Shown here in pieces: positions 28,901 to 43,030 of a stretch of 64,000 nt of DNA. A program made the position numbers and the translations under genes. The first letter of the stretch is position 1, and the number at the start of each line of letters is the position of its first letter. This DNA comes from Podarcis liolepis. Its lineage: Eukaryota. The notes beneath the pieces were generated by a model. The model saw only the letters and a program-made list of their open reading frames with translations. It was not told the origin of the DNA and searched no databases. Location: the NCBI GenBank assembly GCA_965112155.1, contig OZ218102.1; one strand, given 5' to 3'.

Positions 28901-31900
28901 ATAATCTCTCTGTAAATTTCAGTTTTCAGTGCAGTGTGGGGGGGAATCAGTATAATGAAACATTAATACTTCCATTTGTCTTTTCATTTTGGAAAAATGA
29001 ATTAATAGCTGTAGCTCTGTTGGAGGAAGAGTCTGTACTTTTAACTGTATTGTTAAGATCAGGATCCTTGTGTCAAATTTTGTGGACCCCACATTCACAT
29101 CGAAAGGTGCAGCAGAATTCAATGCATGAATTGAAATGACAGTACAGCACATATGTGCCAAATTTTTAAGGGGCTGGTGTCCCTTAGGCCTCCCCGCCAT
29201 GCCTGGTAATTTTCTTATGGGGGCCCAGTCCCCTTAATATTTTCCCCCGCCTGCCTGCCTTTCCACCTCCCTCTCTCCTTCCCTCAGTTTGCTGCCTGTT
29301 TCTGGCTTGTCTCCAGGAGGAACAAGAGGGATGCAGCAGTAGCCATGGGCATAGGCAAGTTTACGGCATGTGCATGTCCTGGTTCCACATCCCTCTTTCT
29401 CCTGCTCACTCTTTTGCTCCATACCTGTGGCTTGGTATTGAGCAGCCCTGCAGGAGAGCATGGCCAGGCAGGTGAGCCAGTGGAGACGGCGTCCTCCAAT
29501 GGCAGGGACAGTGGCCCCTTTGGGGGACATCCCCCGAACTACTACATCCTGAGCATTGATGAGCACACCTGGCCAGCAGGCAGCAGCATGCATTGGAGAG
29601 GTGGGAGCATGGTTGGGGTAAGGCAGCTGACCGAGGGAAGGAGAGAGAAAGGAAGGCAGCCACCACCAACCGCCTGTTCTCACTGCACTGAACTGGGCAT
29701 GTGCCGACGTGACCCCTGGCTGAGAAGTAGTGCAGCACAATGAGGAGGCAGCAGCAGGTGGCAAGGCAAGGTAGTGGGGGGCAGGGCAGGGCAAGATGGG
29801 CCTGCCCCCCAGCGTTTTGTTCAAGAAGGCCAGTTTAGCCATTTTTTTTCAACCTGTTGCTGCTACTCTGGCATACTGCATGGTCAGCCTCTCCCAACCT
29901 GTTAGTTGCAGGAAGAGTTAAAGCTGTTTGTGTTGTTGCTGGCAAATTCCACAAGTATGAGTAGCAATAATGTGGGTTGTCGAATTAAAGGAGGGAGATG
30001 TTGAAGGAAGGCACTTGGTGTGGTGCTGGGGGACCTGTGATGTGGAGGTAAGTGAGAGAGCACTGTGGGGTGTAGAGAGGAAAGGGGGTGGCTAAGAAAA
30101 TGAACTGGAGGTGAAAGAGAAAAAGAAAAAGAGGTTTAACAGAATACAGGTGTTCAGTAGTTTTAAAGAAAGAGGACATGATAGGCAGAAAAAAGTGGTT
30201 AATCTATGCAAGTGAAGAATGAAAAAGGAAGCTTGACAAATGACTGTTGAAAAGAAAGCAACAAGTTAAAATGGTAACAGAAATCACCTCCTGTAGCTAC
30301 GTGGACCTCCTGAGGTAATAAAAATCTGAAGATGGCACTCATAGTGATTTGAGTTGCGCACCCCTGCTTTAAAGTGTAGAACTGCATGCATGAGGAAGAG
30401 GATGTTTATGCACGGTGGAGAGAGGAACAGAATGTCTGCCTCCCCAGGGAGAAGCAGCCCCCTGAGGTTTGGTTAAGTACAAAGGAGGAGGGAGGGAGAA
30501 AGAAGCAAGCTGAGGGGAGAGAAATGTAGAGGGTGCCTTGCCTCTGAAAGCTGCTCTGCTAGCTGCAGAAATAAGAGATGTTGATACAAAAACAGAAGCA
30601 AAGGCAGCGTGCAGAGCTGATCTCCTGGAAAGCATTGCTGTATAATTGTAATGCAAAAATGGAGGAAACAACTGAAGGAAAGGGCAATAAATAAGTACAA
30701 CTTTATTCATTTTCCTACAGACGAATGCGGGGCAGGGGGTGGGCATTGAAAATCCATTACATTCCAAAAGTTAGGTAAAGAAAAATAACAAGAGCTGAGT
30801 GCCTGGTTTAGGTAACACAGAGAGTTAATTGGCTTTGCACTGTGTTCTCCACAAGTGGATTGGAAAAATGGGTAGAAGACAACAAATCCTTTCTTGTTTT
30901 CCAAGCCAGTGTAGCACCTATCAGCAAACATGAACTCATAGAAGTGGCCTTCTATGTAGGTAGGATGATTTTAATGTATTTCTTTTTCCTCTTGTTTTTA
31001 ATATAAGGGGTTTATTGTATTTTTGTTTGGTTGCCCTGGGCAAGATAAAGTGAGTATAATAATAATAATGGCTTTCCCTGTCATTCTCTGTTTTGGAGGA
31101 AGAGTCACAGCTGGATAGGGAAGGGTTAACTAGTATGTCTCCAGCTGTGGCCCAAACACACAACACACACACACACACTTAAAATGTTCCCCTTGAGTGA
31201 GTTAGGCTTAAGAAAAGCACACATTGATTGGGTGGATCTCTGTGGGTATTGGAGAAAACCTCTTTTTTTAAAAGCCTAATATTTATAGGGATGTGATCTT
31301 TTTGAAAATTGCAGCTGGGGCATTAAAATCAGCTCTTGCACTCTGAGAAAGATTATTATTCATTCAATTTATATCCTACCCTTCCTCCTAAGGAACCCCA
31401 GGGAAGTACCCCTTCCCCCACCCCCAAAAGATCGTGTTGAAAAAACCCACACGCAGGAGTGTGCGCATGTGTGTGGTTGTGATGCCTTGTGTGCATATGT
31501 GTGTTTGCCACGTGTGCATGATTGTGGCACATGTAGCAGTGTGTGTGTGTTTGTGGTGCCATGTCCAAGACAGTTTTTCTCATGTGCAGAGGTGCCCACA
31601 CACACATCCTGCTTTAGCTGTTTTTGCGCTACAACAGAACCAATATTGCCTAAACTTGATGGTCCCAAAAATCATTCAGGTTTTTAAATTTTTGGACAAA
31701 AATAAGTGCATAGATGTGCTACTCTATACTGGAAACAGTGCAGTTGCGGTTGGCAGAGTTTCATCATATTTCCCATATATAAATGCCATTTTTGAGATTC
31801 CAGGGTGCTTCACATACCTTATCTCTGTGATCTTTACAATCCACGGTAACCTCTGCTTCTTTTTGTGTGGCCATCATGACTATGTTCTGCCTGCACTGTT

Positions 31901-34412
31901 GGATGCCTCTGAATGCCACTTTCTGGGATGCATAAGTGAGAGATTGTTGTTCTCAAGTCCTACTTTCAGGCTTCCCATGGGCATCTGGTTTGCCATTGTG
32001 AGAATATTGGACTAGCTGGGCCACCATCCTGATCCAGCAGAGCTCTTCTTATCTTTTTTCTTCTTCTCATCTCTTATTCTTGTTGAGTTCAGCAGCAATA
32101 GCACACAAGCAAGGCTTTCACACTAAAAAAACAACAACATATAGTCTTCATCAAGATGCTCCTTTTCATTCCATATTTATAGAATAACCATACTGGGAGG
32201 ATTTTGTGTTATTTCTAGAGCCATACAATTATGTGTATTTTTTCAAACAAACAAAAATGTACAAAATCATTGCCTTAGTTTTCTTAACACTCGTGTAGAC
32301 ATTTCAGGTGGGTTTTTTAAAGGAAAAAAGCATTAATATTCACCTTCCATCGCTATCACATTTCAGCAACTCCTAAATTGCTGAACAGAATAGCTGTTTG
32401 CTACATTATTACAATGTTTGAAGTTCATGCAGTCATTCCTGTAACTCCTGTAAATCCCCTTTTCATTAGATGCAGCATGTAGCAAATGCCCACAGAGATA
32501 CTATTCTGAAATGTATATATGCCTTTGTCTATAATGAATATGAAAAGCACTTCTTTTGTTAGTAGTTTCTTTCTGTCAGGTTAAATTTCAGAGGAAACAG
32601 GACAGAGGCATACTGTTCATTGGATCAGTTTGAAAACAATTCATTGATCTGTATATTGAAATTATCAGTAGTGAGGTTTGTACCCAAGATGATTGTATGG
32701 TTAGAATAATCAGTGTCAAGCCCTTTTAAAACAATAAATGAAATTCAGAGAATATTGCGAGGAACAGCACATATTGATCTGAACTGGATTAGTTTTTTGC
32801 CACTCCTAGTATTATGCTGCTGCAGCTTTGCTTATCTTGTCCTTAGAGTAGTTTATATATTTTGTCATAACAAACATTTTGGAGTACTAAAAGACACCTC
32901 TTTCCAGTGCAGAATGGATGCATGAACCATGAGAGTTTCCAGATTAGAACTGAGAAAGGAAAGATGGGGCAGTTGCAATCTTTATGAGGCCCAAGAGAGA
33001 TTCCTAGTGTTGCTTAAATTGTGGGCAAGGCTCTTACAGGTTTCTTGGACAAGAGAACCTGGGACTCCCATCTTAAAGTGGGGATATAAATATAATGGTT
33101 GTTCTTTGAAGTATCCCCAAGTAGGGATGTACAAAGGTACCTCAATCTGTTCATTCACACTTCGATCCAGTATTTTCTATTATTGGTTTATTTTACACAA
33201 GTCTTCTGTTACATCATTTGCTGATGTGGAAATACATTTATTTATTTATTTTACTAATATTGTAGCACACAGTAGACATGCATATATCAGTCATCAGCAT
33301 TTACAAACCAGTTAACTTCCCTATGGGTTCCCTTTCAAAGTTAATGAATCTAATCCTAACCATATCTACTCAGACATACATCCCATTGAATTGAACTGGG
33401 CTTACTCCAGAACGAGGCAAGCTAGGATGGAAGGCTTGTGTCCTTGATTCAGCAGAAATTTATTCCTGTTTCATTTCCCTCACTCAGATATCAGGGAAGG
33501 ACAGTTTTGCATCCTGTTGATATTTTTTGCTCTTTTGTGTTTTGGCTTGTGTGAATTACTGTGGGCATAATAAATATTTTACAGGCATGTTCCTTCGGTC
33601 ATTGTAATGCCACTTATAAAAGTGTTTGTAAGGCAACAATTTATTTCATAAATGAGTGTTTTATGCAGAAGACGGTTGTGTGTATGCATTTGCTGAAACA
33701 ATGCTCAAGCTAGTCTATGTTTTAAATATTTGTAGTAAACAGGGTTTTGTGTTTGACAGCTAGAAATCCTCAGATTTTAACTGAGGAGCACAGATAAAAT
33801 CAACAGGGGACAACAGGTCACTTATTTCCATGTGAAAAGAACAATCATGAATGATGCACTCTATTTTTAAAAGGTTACAATCATTCAATGATACTTACTT
33901 CTGAATAGACATGGTTAGAATTGCATCCTTAGTGTCTATAGACTGCCTCTAGAAACAAACAACTTTGTTGCATATAAAATTAGCAAACACTTCAGGAAAA
34001 AGAAAAGCAGTGAGGCCCCTGTTGGGACAGCACCAATTATACATCAATGAATATGTAAATAACATAAATTACAAGGCAATTTACATATCTCTTTACAATA
34101 CTGCATTTAAAATAAAAACACCTTTCATCATATTAAAAAAACTCAGGTGAAAAACCTTCATAACAAGAGTCCATGTGATGATGGGGGTTGGGGATTGAAT
34201 GGGTGAGTACAAGGAAATCTGCTTTATAGGCCAAAAGATTCCTCTGACATCTCTATCTCAGAGAATCCAAAGACGAACATAGCAAAACGTTGAACAGTAA
34301 CAAGCCACTCGATTCCCAGACCTGTTAGTCAACTGTATAAAGGACATAAAATGTATGTACCCTGTAGAAGGGGTGGCTAACTTTTTACCCTCCAGATATT
34401 GTTGGACTATAA

Positions 34413-34548
34413 CAGGCATAGGCAAACTTGGCCCTCCAGATGTTTTGGGACTACAATTCCCATCATCCCTGACCACTGGCCCTGTTAGCTAGGGATCATG
34501 GGAGCTGTAGTCCCAAAGCATCTGGAGGGCCGAGTTTGCCAATGCCTG
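34413..34548. mobile_element. Palindromic hAT MITE nested in an older related MITE (about 34367-34639)
   Basis: caggcataggcaaact...agtttgccaatgcctg; TSD gactataa/gactagaa; other family remnants at 1-77, 57825-57955, 60382-60503. Confidence 0.85.
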
Positions 34549-35813
34549 GACTAGAACTCCCATCATCCCTGATTATTGGCCACCCTGGTCAGACGTTGGA
34601 GTCCACAACATATTGAGGGCCAAAAGCCAGCTACCCCTGCTCTTTGGACCCAAAAAAGGGATAAAGAAAAAATGGTTGGAAAATAGTATCAAGAAGAAAA
34701 AGATGCACCTCTCATTAATGGTTCAGAATGCACTTAACCCCTTTCAGGCTGGCTTAAGCACTGAAAAAGGTCGGTATTTCATCAACATGAAATCCAGAAT
34801 ATAGGCATTGTTTTAGCCTCTCCCCTCCCCCATGTGACTCCTCCTGACTCTTGAGTTTGTCCCCTGAGACCCTTTTCTTTGTTCCTCTTCTCATCTGAAG
34901 TATGGCAAGTCGGCACAAGGGTCTTTTTTGTGGTAGCCTCGTGTCAAAGGAATGCCCTGCTGGAGGAAATCTTGCCTTCCAATAAACAGCTAAAACCAAC
35001 TTTTTTCAACAAGTTTTTCAGCTGCTACTTTTTCAATAATGACAAAATTCAGTTGTTGCTGTTTTTCTGTTGACTTGATTTTTACGGTTTTGGTTTAATT
35101 TACAGTTCTTTTGAGTTTGTTATACTGTTTTAATTTTCCACTGCATTGTTGTTGTTTTTTGCTTTGAACCCCCTTTAAGAAGAGCATAGATGTGCATTTA
35201 GATATGTATCAGTGCAGAGGCCTATTTCTGTGGATAGATCTCACCTGCTAGATTCAGGACAATTTTGAACTGTGTTTTCTATGTCCCTGATACAGTGTGT
35301 ATTTGTGCAGCTACATTGCTTAAGCTATCTTGCAACAGTTTTGTCAGTTTCTATATAATGCCTGTAGCTTAACTGCAGGCCTGGTTTTTGTTTGTTTGTT
35401 TTATCATCCTGTGGTAAACCTGTCAGCTCCATACCCTGATTGCAAAGCTTACTATATTTCTTGAGGAATACTAGATACACTGCTACCTGCTATGTTATGT
35501 CATCTTGTACGTATCAATGAAATATTCTACTGCAACTCATCATGGGCATATTTTGTGTGAGAGAGAATTTATTAGCCTTCTATGAAGAGGTGAAACTGAC
35601 TCCTATATAATGCTAACAGTTTTATTTGGAAAATACCATTGGAATTTCCCCAAAGCCATTTAAAACTCAAATGCTATCATAAATACACATTAGTAGTGTT
35701 ATGGGCACAATGCTGGTAAGAGCTGCTTCTTTGTTGCTACAGTTTTCCTTAGGAATTTTGCACTTAAAAATACCTGGGTTTTAGGGCCTATGGGTTTTTT
35801 TTACCATTGGGCT

Positions 35814-35848
35814 TCTGTCTCTGTCTCTGTCTCTGTCTCTGTCTATCT
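35814..35848. repeat. (CTGTCT)n microsatellite just upstream of the 35904 exon
   Basis: Direct reading. Confidence 0.9.
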
Positions 35849-35903
35849 GGCATGAACATGTCAATTAGTCACAGAAGATGTTTCTATTGTATTCCATTAC
35901 CAG

Positions 35904-36080
35904 GATTTTGGAACGCTATATTCAAGATCAGATTCCTGGCGCAAGGGTTGTGGTAGAATCCATTGGTGCTCGCAGATACGGAGATGGCTACTCAGAAGAA
36001 GACTATTCAAAATCCGATCTTATGGTCTACGCAATTGACCCTCAAACTAACCGTGCTATAATGAGGAACGAGCTTTTCAA
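35904..36080 (+). CDS. PCDH15: PCDH15 internal exon (membrane-adjacent domain)
   Basis: taccAG|...|GTatgt; 177 nt phase 2 to 2; [58 protein letters not shown](K). Confidence 0.97.
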
Positions 36081-37867
36081 GTATGTATTCCATCATGTCA
36101 TTGTAGCATTATCTCCGTGGTCAGCACTGTGAATATGTAGTTGGCAGAATGGTTATTTTAGTTACTGACTTGATCACATTGCTTAGCAAAATTAATACCC
36201 CTCTCTCCTTTTGCACCACACTGTGATTTCATGCACACCATTATGTACCTATAAGCTGTTGATATATGTATATAATACTTATAGCCATGTTGCACATAAG
36301 GCTCATTGGAAAGTTTTGAGTACCCATGTAATGCTGCTGTCTCACACAACACATTAGGATTAGAAACTAGATTTATCTTGACTCAGTGTCATTTCAAGGT
36401 TGCCCTTCCAGTGCAGATGTAGAAATATATATTTCCCATTCGCTACCTAGCTTTTGGGCAGGGGAAAGAAGCATATATCTAGTTTTCCCCACCAGAAACA
36501 GAAAGGTTGCTCTGTTTGGGTTTTTTCCAGATGGACTAGATGCCAGGGCTCAGAATGAGGAAGAACATAGGCTTAGTTCTCTCAAGAGGCTGAGCATTAT
36601 TGAGGCTTCATGGGATTACAATACACAAAGGAGACTGAGTCATGCTTCCTGAACCTATGTTCCTCTCTCATGTCCTCACCACTCAATCTGCACACCTCTG
36701 ACCTTATAAAGATAACTTCTGAAGCAGGAAGCCTACCATAAGGAGATTGGCTCCATATGTGATTTAGAATCCTGGACAATATAAACCATGAGACAATGAG
36801 GACACAACAGAAAGGGAGAGACAGAAACTGCAACAGCACTCTCTCCTTTTTCATAGCTATAATCTCATGGGAGAGGACACTCAAACAGGACTCTGAAGGC
36901 AAACTGAACCTGTATCACTGGTAGAAGCTCTCATGACAGAAAGCTCTTCCATATAAAGCATTCTCTGTGACTAGAAAACCAGAAGTCAGGGAGAAAAACT
37001 TAGCCTGGCCAGTGGGAAAGCCATTTTTTCTCCTCAATAATGCCCTAAATGAAGTACAATAAACACATTTCTGTCTGCAGTTTTGATCAACGTATACATT
37101 TTCTCCTAATATAATGCAGTTTGTATGCTATTTTCACTAATATATACTCATTTATTCACACCTTTCTTCGAATATTTGCATTTTTGTAAACATTGGTTGG
37201 TGAACTGCATTGCGAAGGACAGAATGAATTTTGTTCTCGATTTGCATACCATTTTGGAAAGTGTAAAATTGGCTTCAAATACGAACTGAATTGAATTTCT
37301 CTCCTCTCCATCCCACGAAGATTCCTATTCACAGACTTTGTCTGGGATCTTCAGCAGTTGTATGAATGACGCAGTCAGCAAGCTAAGGACATTTTCTGCA
37401 ATGAGTGTGCATGTGTTGGTTCATTCATTTGTGAAGCCTGCTATTTTTCATCTCTATTCCCAAACCTATTTCATCTGTTGCCTTGTATTTGTGGAAAGTG
37501 GGAGATCATTATTCTTTCTCCAAACCCTCTCTGGTGCCTGCTGCTGCTTTGCATATATTTTATTGTACCTCTTCTCCCCAAAGGAGAGTCAGGTCACAGT
37601 GCTCCATGATGGAATGAGGCAATCTGTCAGTCATATGTCCATGAAGCAAATACCTATGGGCTGCCTTATGAATTGTGATTCGTTAGAGGAATCTTATTCT
37701 CCTGAGTCCCAAATCTTGTGTGGATAAATTATAGCACAAGTAAGATAGAAAAGCATGTGGCTGTTAAGAAGAGCTATAGTGAATAGGCTCATCATAGGTG
37801 GTGTGAGTTAGAAATAGCCACAGAAAAAGAGAGGAGAAAATTAATTTATAGACTAATATTATATTAA

Positions 37868-38222
37868 AAGGTAAAGGTACCCCTGCCCATACGGGCCAGT
37901 CGTGTCCAACTCTAGGGTTGCGTGCTCATCTCGCTCTATAGGCCGTGAGCTGGCGCCGTCCGAAGACACTTCCGGGTCATGTGGCCAGCGTGACGAAGCT
38001 GCAGCACAAGGAAACGCAGCACAAGGAAACGCCGTTTACCTTCCCGCTATAAAGCGGTACCTATTTATCTACTTGCACTTAAGAGTGCTTTCGAACTGCT
38101 AGGTGGGCAGGAGCTGGGACCGAACAACGGGAGCTCACCCCGCCGCGGGGATTCGAACCGCCGACCATACGATCAGCAAGTCCTAGGCACTGAGGTTTTA
38201 CCCACAGCGCCACCCGCGTCCC
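37868..38222 (-). mobile_element. Full-length Sauria SINE, different subfamily, CpG-rich (young)
   Basis: Same architecture; B-box ggttcgaatcc on the - strand; TSD taatattatattaa at 37854-37867 and 38225-38238. Confidence 0.92.
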
Positions 38223-38406
38223 TTTAATATTATATTAACAGGTAGCAAATATACAGCCTGACAGTGGTAAAGGTTTGAACATACAGAACAAAACATGAGA
38301 TTTATTCTGTAGTTTCAAACCTCTTGATTGGTTCCCCCTTTCACATGCAGATACACATACACACTCAAAAAAGAAGGGCTGGATTCAGTCATCAGTTGCA
38401 TTCACA

Positions 38407-38624
38407 TGGCGAGCCAGCGCAGCACACGGAACGCCGTTTACCTTCCCGCTGGTAAGCGGTCCCTATTTATCTACTTGCACCCGGAGGTGCTTTCGAACTG
38501 CTAGGTTGGCAGGCGCTGGGACCAAACGATGGGAGCGCACCCCGCCGCGGGGATTCGAACTGCCGACCATGCGATCGGCAAGTCCTAGGCGCTGAAGTTT
38601 TACCCACAGCGCCACCCGTGTCCC
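38407..38624 (-). mobile_element. Sauria SINE, 3'-truncated
   Basis: Aligns to the head and body of the neighbouring copy; tail portion absent. Confidence 0.88.
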
Positions 38625-39374
38625 TGCAGGAATAATATCCCTGTGCAAATTTGTAGTATTTTAGTCTCTAGTCATTCTTTTATACTGCTATGTCCTCTTT
38701 TTATGTCCTAAAAGTCATAGTTAATCATGCACTCAACAAGATATTTTATTAGAATCGCTCTTTGGTTTCAATTTATTCAATGGAATGAAGACAATTTCTG
38801 AAATACGGGGTTTCAATTATCCTGTGAAGCTTGCCTAGAGATCTGCTAGTTTACAGATCTCACGGCCTTTCTAGTAAGCTATGTAACAAACAGCCTCAAA
38901 ATGGGTGTTTTGTTTTGTTTTACGATAGTAGAATATATTTCTTAGGCTTAAGCCCAGGAGCCAGGCTGGTACTCTTCCCTGGCTCAAGGCATTTTCCTTG
39001 ACACATACACAAAGCCCACTCACATCATGCTTCTGTAGATGGGTCAGTCAGCTGATAGTCCTTTAGATCGGCTACCTACATGGCTGCAGAACAGTCTCCT
39101 GATTAATTCTTCCTCTCATAATATGGAGCAAGGAAAAGACCCTTAGTTTTTGTTTCATTTTTTTGTAGTTTCTGGTGTAATGTTTCTGGCATGTTAGTTT
39201 GATAACTACTCTGCAAGGATGATCCACAAGATCACAACCACCACACAATTTCTGGTGCTCCAGAAAGCTTCACCAGTGCAGCTGCTCCTGTCACAATCTA
39301 TACCTTTGTCGCACACATTACGCAGTTGTTCTTTTAAGCTTCATATGCACAAATGGCATAAATCACTGGTGATA

Positions 39375-39543
39375 CCGTATTTTTCGCTCTATAACACGCA
39401 CCTGACCATAACACGCATGTAGTTTTTAGAGGAGGAAAATCCGTAGGCATGCCACCCGTAGGCATTCCCTCCATAACACGCACAGACATTTCCCCTTACT
39501 TTTTAGGAGGAAAAAAGTGAGTGTTATGGTGCAAAAAATACGG
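39375..39543. mobile_element. Tc1/mariner MITE
   Basis: TA-ccgtatttttcgc...gcaaaaaatacgg-TA; internal ataacacgca repeats. Confidence 0.85.
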
Positions 39544-42500
39544 TACTTCAGCAGTTGGACCAACTCTTTTTTTAACACCTACCGTCACTGGCTGGCAACT
39601 CTACTTTCCTTTCGGACTACGAGAGGCTATTCCATATGACTTCTGTCAGTCTTCTGTGACTTCCTCTTCTTAGCTGCATAGCTAGAACTGAACAACTAAG
39701 AATAAACAAGCCAGGAACTAATAAACTGACTATACAGCTACATCTTCTTCTTATTGTGAATCAGAACACCCAAAGAGCTGCAGCACCCAATAGCCTAGAT
39801 GTTTTACTCTCAAGTAAATGTACACAGGATCACAGCACATATTAAAAAAAGAACTGTTTCTGTACCATCAGCACTAACAGCAGCCTCAACTTTGTGTAAT
39901 TTTTAGAGATTTAGCATCTTGTGTTAATTGGTTGTTCTCTCCAACCCTCTACCCCCCTCCCCCAAGGCAGGTCTGAGGAATCAGCTTGTATCATTTTTCC
40001 TTCATTTAATATACAGACTTTGTACTAAAGAAGGTTAACATGAAAAAAAGTGAAGAAAGTGTGTGGTTTCTTGTTTTGAACAGCTACCGATTAACGTTGG
40101 CTTAGAAGCAACCTAATTAAACAATTTTCTTATGCTTGCACAGTCAGCCTTTTCCCCCTCTCTTCAAAAGCTTTATAAAATTTAAATCAGCAAAATCCTA
40201 GGGAATACTACCTTGGCTTTGGGGTAGAGGTGAATGAGTGTCAGCTTAGCAAAGTAAAGGGGGGAAATGAAGTGAGAGTTTCAATCTGAAGCATTAACAT
40301 GTTTTAGCTTGTGGCTGGGAACCTCCAGAGGTTTGGTTCAGATAAGCTCAGATTCTTATCCTAATCTCCAAAGCTACTCCAACTGGTACTTTCCATCACC
40401 TAATCCTGCTGTAAGAAGCTTTGAAGGGGATTCTGTGACCTTTCTTACCCAGCAGATCCTGCAGGGGGATCTTAGAGGTGGCTTTCATTGTCCTTTGGAA
40501 GAGTAAGCTGGGTTCTTCAGACACCTGTTTTATCTTCTTTCCATGCCTCATGACCTGACTCAAGGAATGTCCTTCAGGGAATGGAGAACAGCAGAAAGAA
40601 TGTGATTTGGGGGAGAGAAAATGGAGAGAGGTAAATAAAGGACACAAGCCCTGTGTTGTATCTCTCTCCTCCCTTCATGGACTCTTATATCCTCCCATAT
40701 TTCCTGGTTCTCAGCAAAGCATAGTTTATGCAACCCACTTTTGTCTGCAGACCAGAACCGGAGATCACAATTTTTAAAAAATCTTGACTATGCAAACAAT
40801 AGTTTGCCCACTGTGGACAAAATGTGGCTGTATGACAGTAAAGAGAAACTTAGATGTGACTATGCAGATGTCCTGTTCCTACCAAGAGAGGAGTGAAGGG
40901 GCTCAGTTTCATCATCTACTTGGGGCAGGACAGCTGTCCAGCAAGACCAAAAAAAACCCAATGCTTATGGCAACATTTCTGAAAAAAGCAAGACAGCTGT
41001 CTAGTCACATCAGGAGACTTGAGCTGGTTCTGTTGTAGCAGTCAGGCAGCAAGTTTTAAATAGCCATAGTCAATATATTTGCATTTTTTTACAAACATAT
41101 ATGTGCTTAAAGCAGTTCCATAATCCAGAGAACATACTCATGTTTCTTCTTCTTCCCAAGCTGGGTTTAGGGATGGGACTCCTCAGGCTGCCAGGTATAC
41201 ACTGTGTCTGAACATTAGTTCATAAAGTTGGCTATGGTTCCCTATTTCAGTATATCAACAGTCTATAGTCACTGGATATTAGGTGATTGTTTCACTTCTC
41301 ATTAATTGAAGTGCTCACACAGAATGAACCTGCATAATTTTATCTGGTATTCTTGGCTGCAACTCCACATACTTGGAAGGAAGTTCCATTGATTTCAGTG
41401 ACATTTTCTTCCAGTTAAGTGTGCAAAGTCTTGTGATCAATTATATAATTGCAGTTTTGAACTGAGTGCTGACTTGAGAGTGTCCTGAAGATGCATATGA
41501 AGTTATTTGCCAAAGTAACTCCAGTTGTGTGCTACATTGCAATTCCATTACTAGTACCAGGAAAAGGTCACTGTTAGGTACCAAATATTAGGTGTCTGCA
41601 TTATCTTCTACAAACACGAGAGACAGAGAAAATTTCTCAAGCAAACTGTCTTCGTGAAAATATGTGACATTAAAAAATAAAAAAGTTCCCCTGTCTCATT
41701 TTGTACAGTATGCCAGATTTCATCTGGAGTGGAATATGCACAGTTGAGCTATAAAAACCTTAAAATAGAGGTTTGTACAGAAATTGCTTACAGAATTTTT
41801 AGGAGAGGCAGTGTTACATCTCCCAAAAGTATACTGCCAGCCAAGCAAAATTCCTTCATGTTCTTCATCAGTACAAATGACATCTAGCATACACGAGCAT
41901 CATCTAGTGTGCAGTGAGAGGCTTTCTTCTTGCATTACACTTGAATGTACAGCTAGTCTAATGGGGTTGTATTCAACTAAGTCCTACACAGAGTTCACCC
42001 ACTGAAATAAATGAACCTAAGTTAGTTATGTCCATTAACTTCAATGGGCCCATGGTATAGTTCAGAAAGAATGTTGGGAACACTGAGTCTCCTGATGTTC
42101 TGCCCATTTGCAGAACAGCATCTACACTTTGCAATGCATTATTGTTTTTATGTGGTCTTTTGGGTACTCATTATTATGATCATGTTTGCATTGCATCGGT
42201 GTTGTTTGATCCCCTTTGGTTCTTTTCGGGGGTCATCGTGTCTTGGCTCCATTTTACTCCTCCCCCTTTGCCCCCGATGCTGTTCAGCCCAATTAACAAT
42301 GACAATGTAGGTTTGTTGTGATGCAATGTCTGATGCTATGTCATTGCAAATGTCACCCCTCTAAAGAGCAAACTGGTGGGTCACTACAACCCAAGCAGTG
42401 AGCCAAGCAAGGCATCCCACCATGGCAGTGAGATCGCATGTGGTTCAGGGAAGGCAAAGAAGGAAGAGGAAACTGTCATCCCCATAGACAAAAATCATTC

Positions 42501-42811
42501 TCAGGAAACAAAAGGGCACTGGGGGGAAATCAGAATGTTCATATTTCCCCCCCAATAAATACTTTTCTGTTTTCTTCCCAATAATCATTTATCTGTGTCT
42601 AATATGCTAATATTGGAGTAAATATTAAATAATGTCCAGTGCAGCCCTAAATAGGAATACAATAGCCGTCTCAAGCATGGTGCCCTTGAGATATTTTGGA
42701 CTAAAACTCCCACTACAAAACATCTGGAGGAGGCATCACATTTGAAGAAGAGACATGACAGCTTGATCTTGCCTGTTTTACTTGCTATTTTATTTTATTT
42801 TAATCTTCAAG

Positions 42812-43030
42812 ATTTCTGGATGGCAAACTCCTGGATATCAATAAAGAATTCCAGCCATACCTTGGGCAAGGAGGACGTATTTTGGAGATCCGCACTCCAG
42901 ATGTGGTGGCCAATGTCAAGAAGCAGGCCCAAGCCGTAGGCTACACAGAAGGGGCCTTGCTGGCTCTGGCTGTCATCATCATCCTTTGCTGCATGCCTGC
43001 TATTTTAATAGTTATGGTCAGCTACAAACA
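42812..43030 (+). CDS. PCDH15: PCDH15 transmembrane exon
   Basis: ttttaatcttcaAG|...|GTaagt; 219 nt phase 2 to 2; [72 protein letters not shown](Q), with hydrophobic TM helix. Confidence 0.97.

Noticed and set aside
29234-29842. Overlapping 70-200 aa ORFs in a GC-richer patch
   Set aside because: No recognisable domain or splice context; consistent with stop-poor repeat-derived sequence.
31434-32015. 193-aa Cys/Val-rich ORF
   Set aside because: Derives from degenerate (GT)n sequence running into a CR1 fragment.
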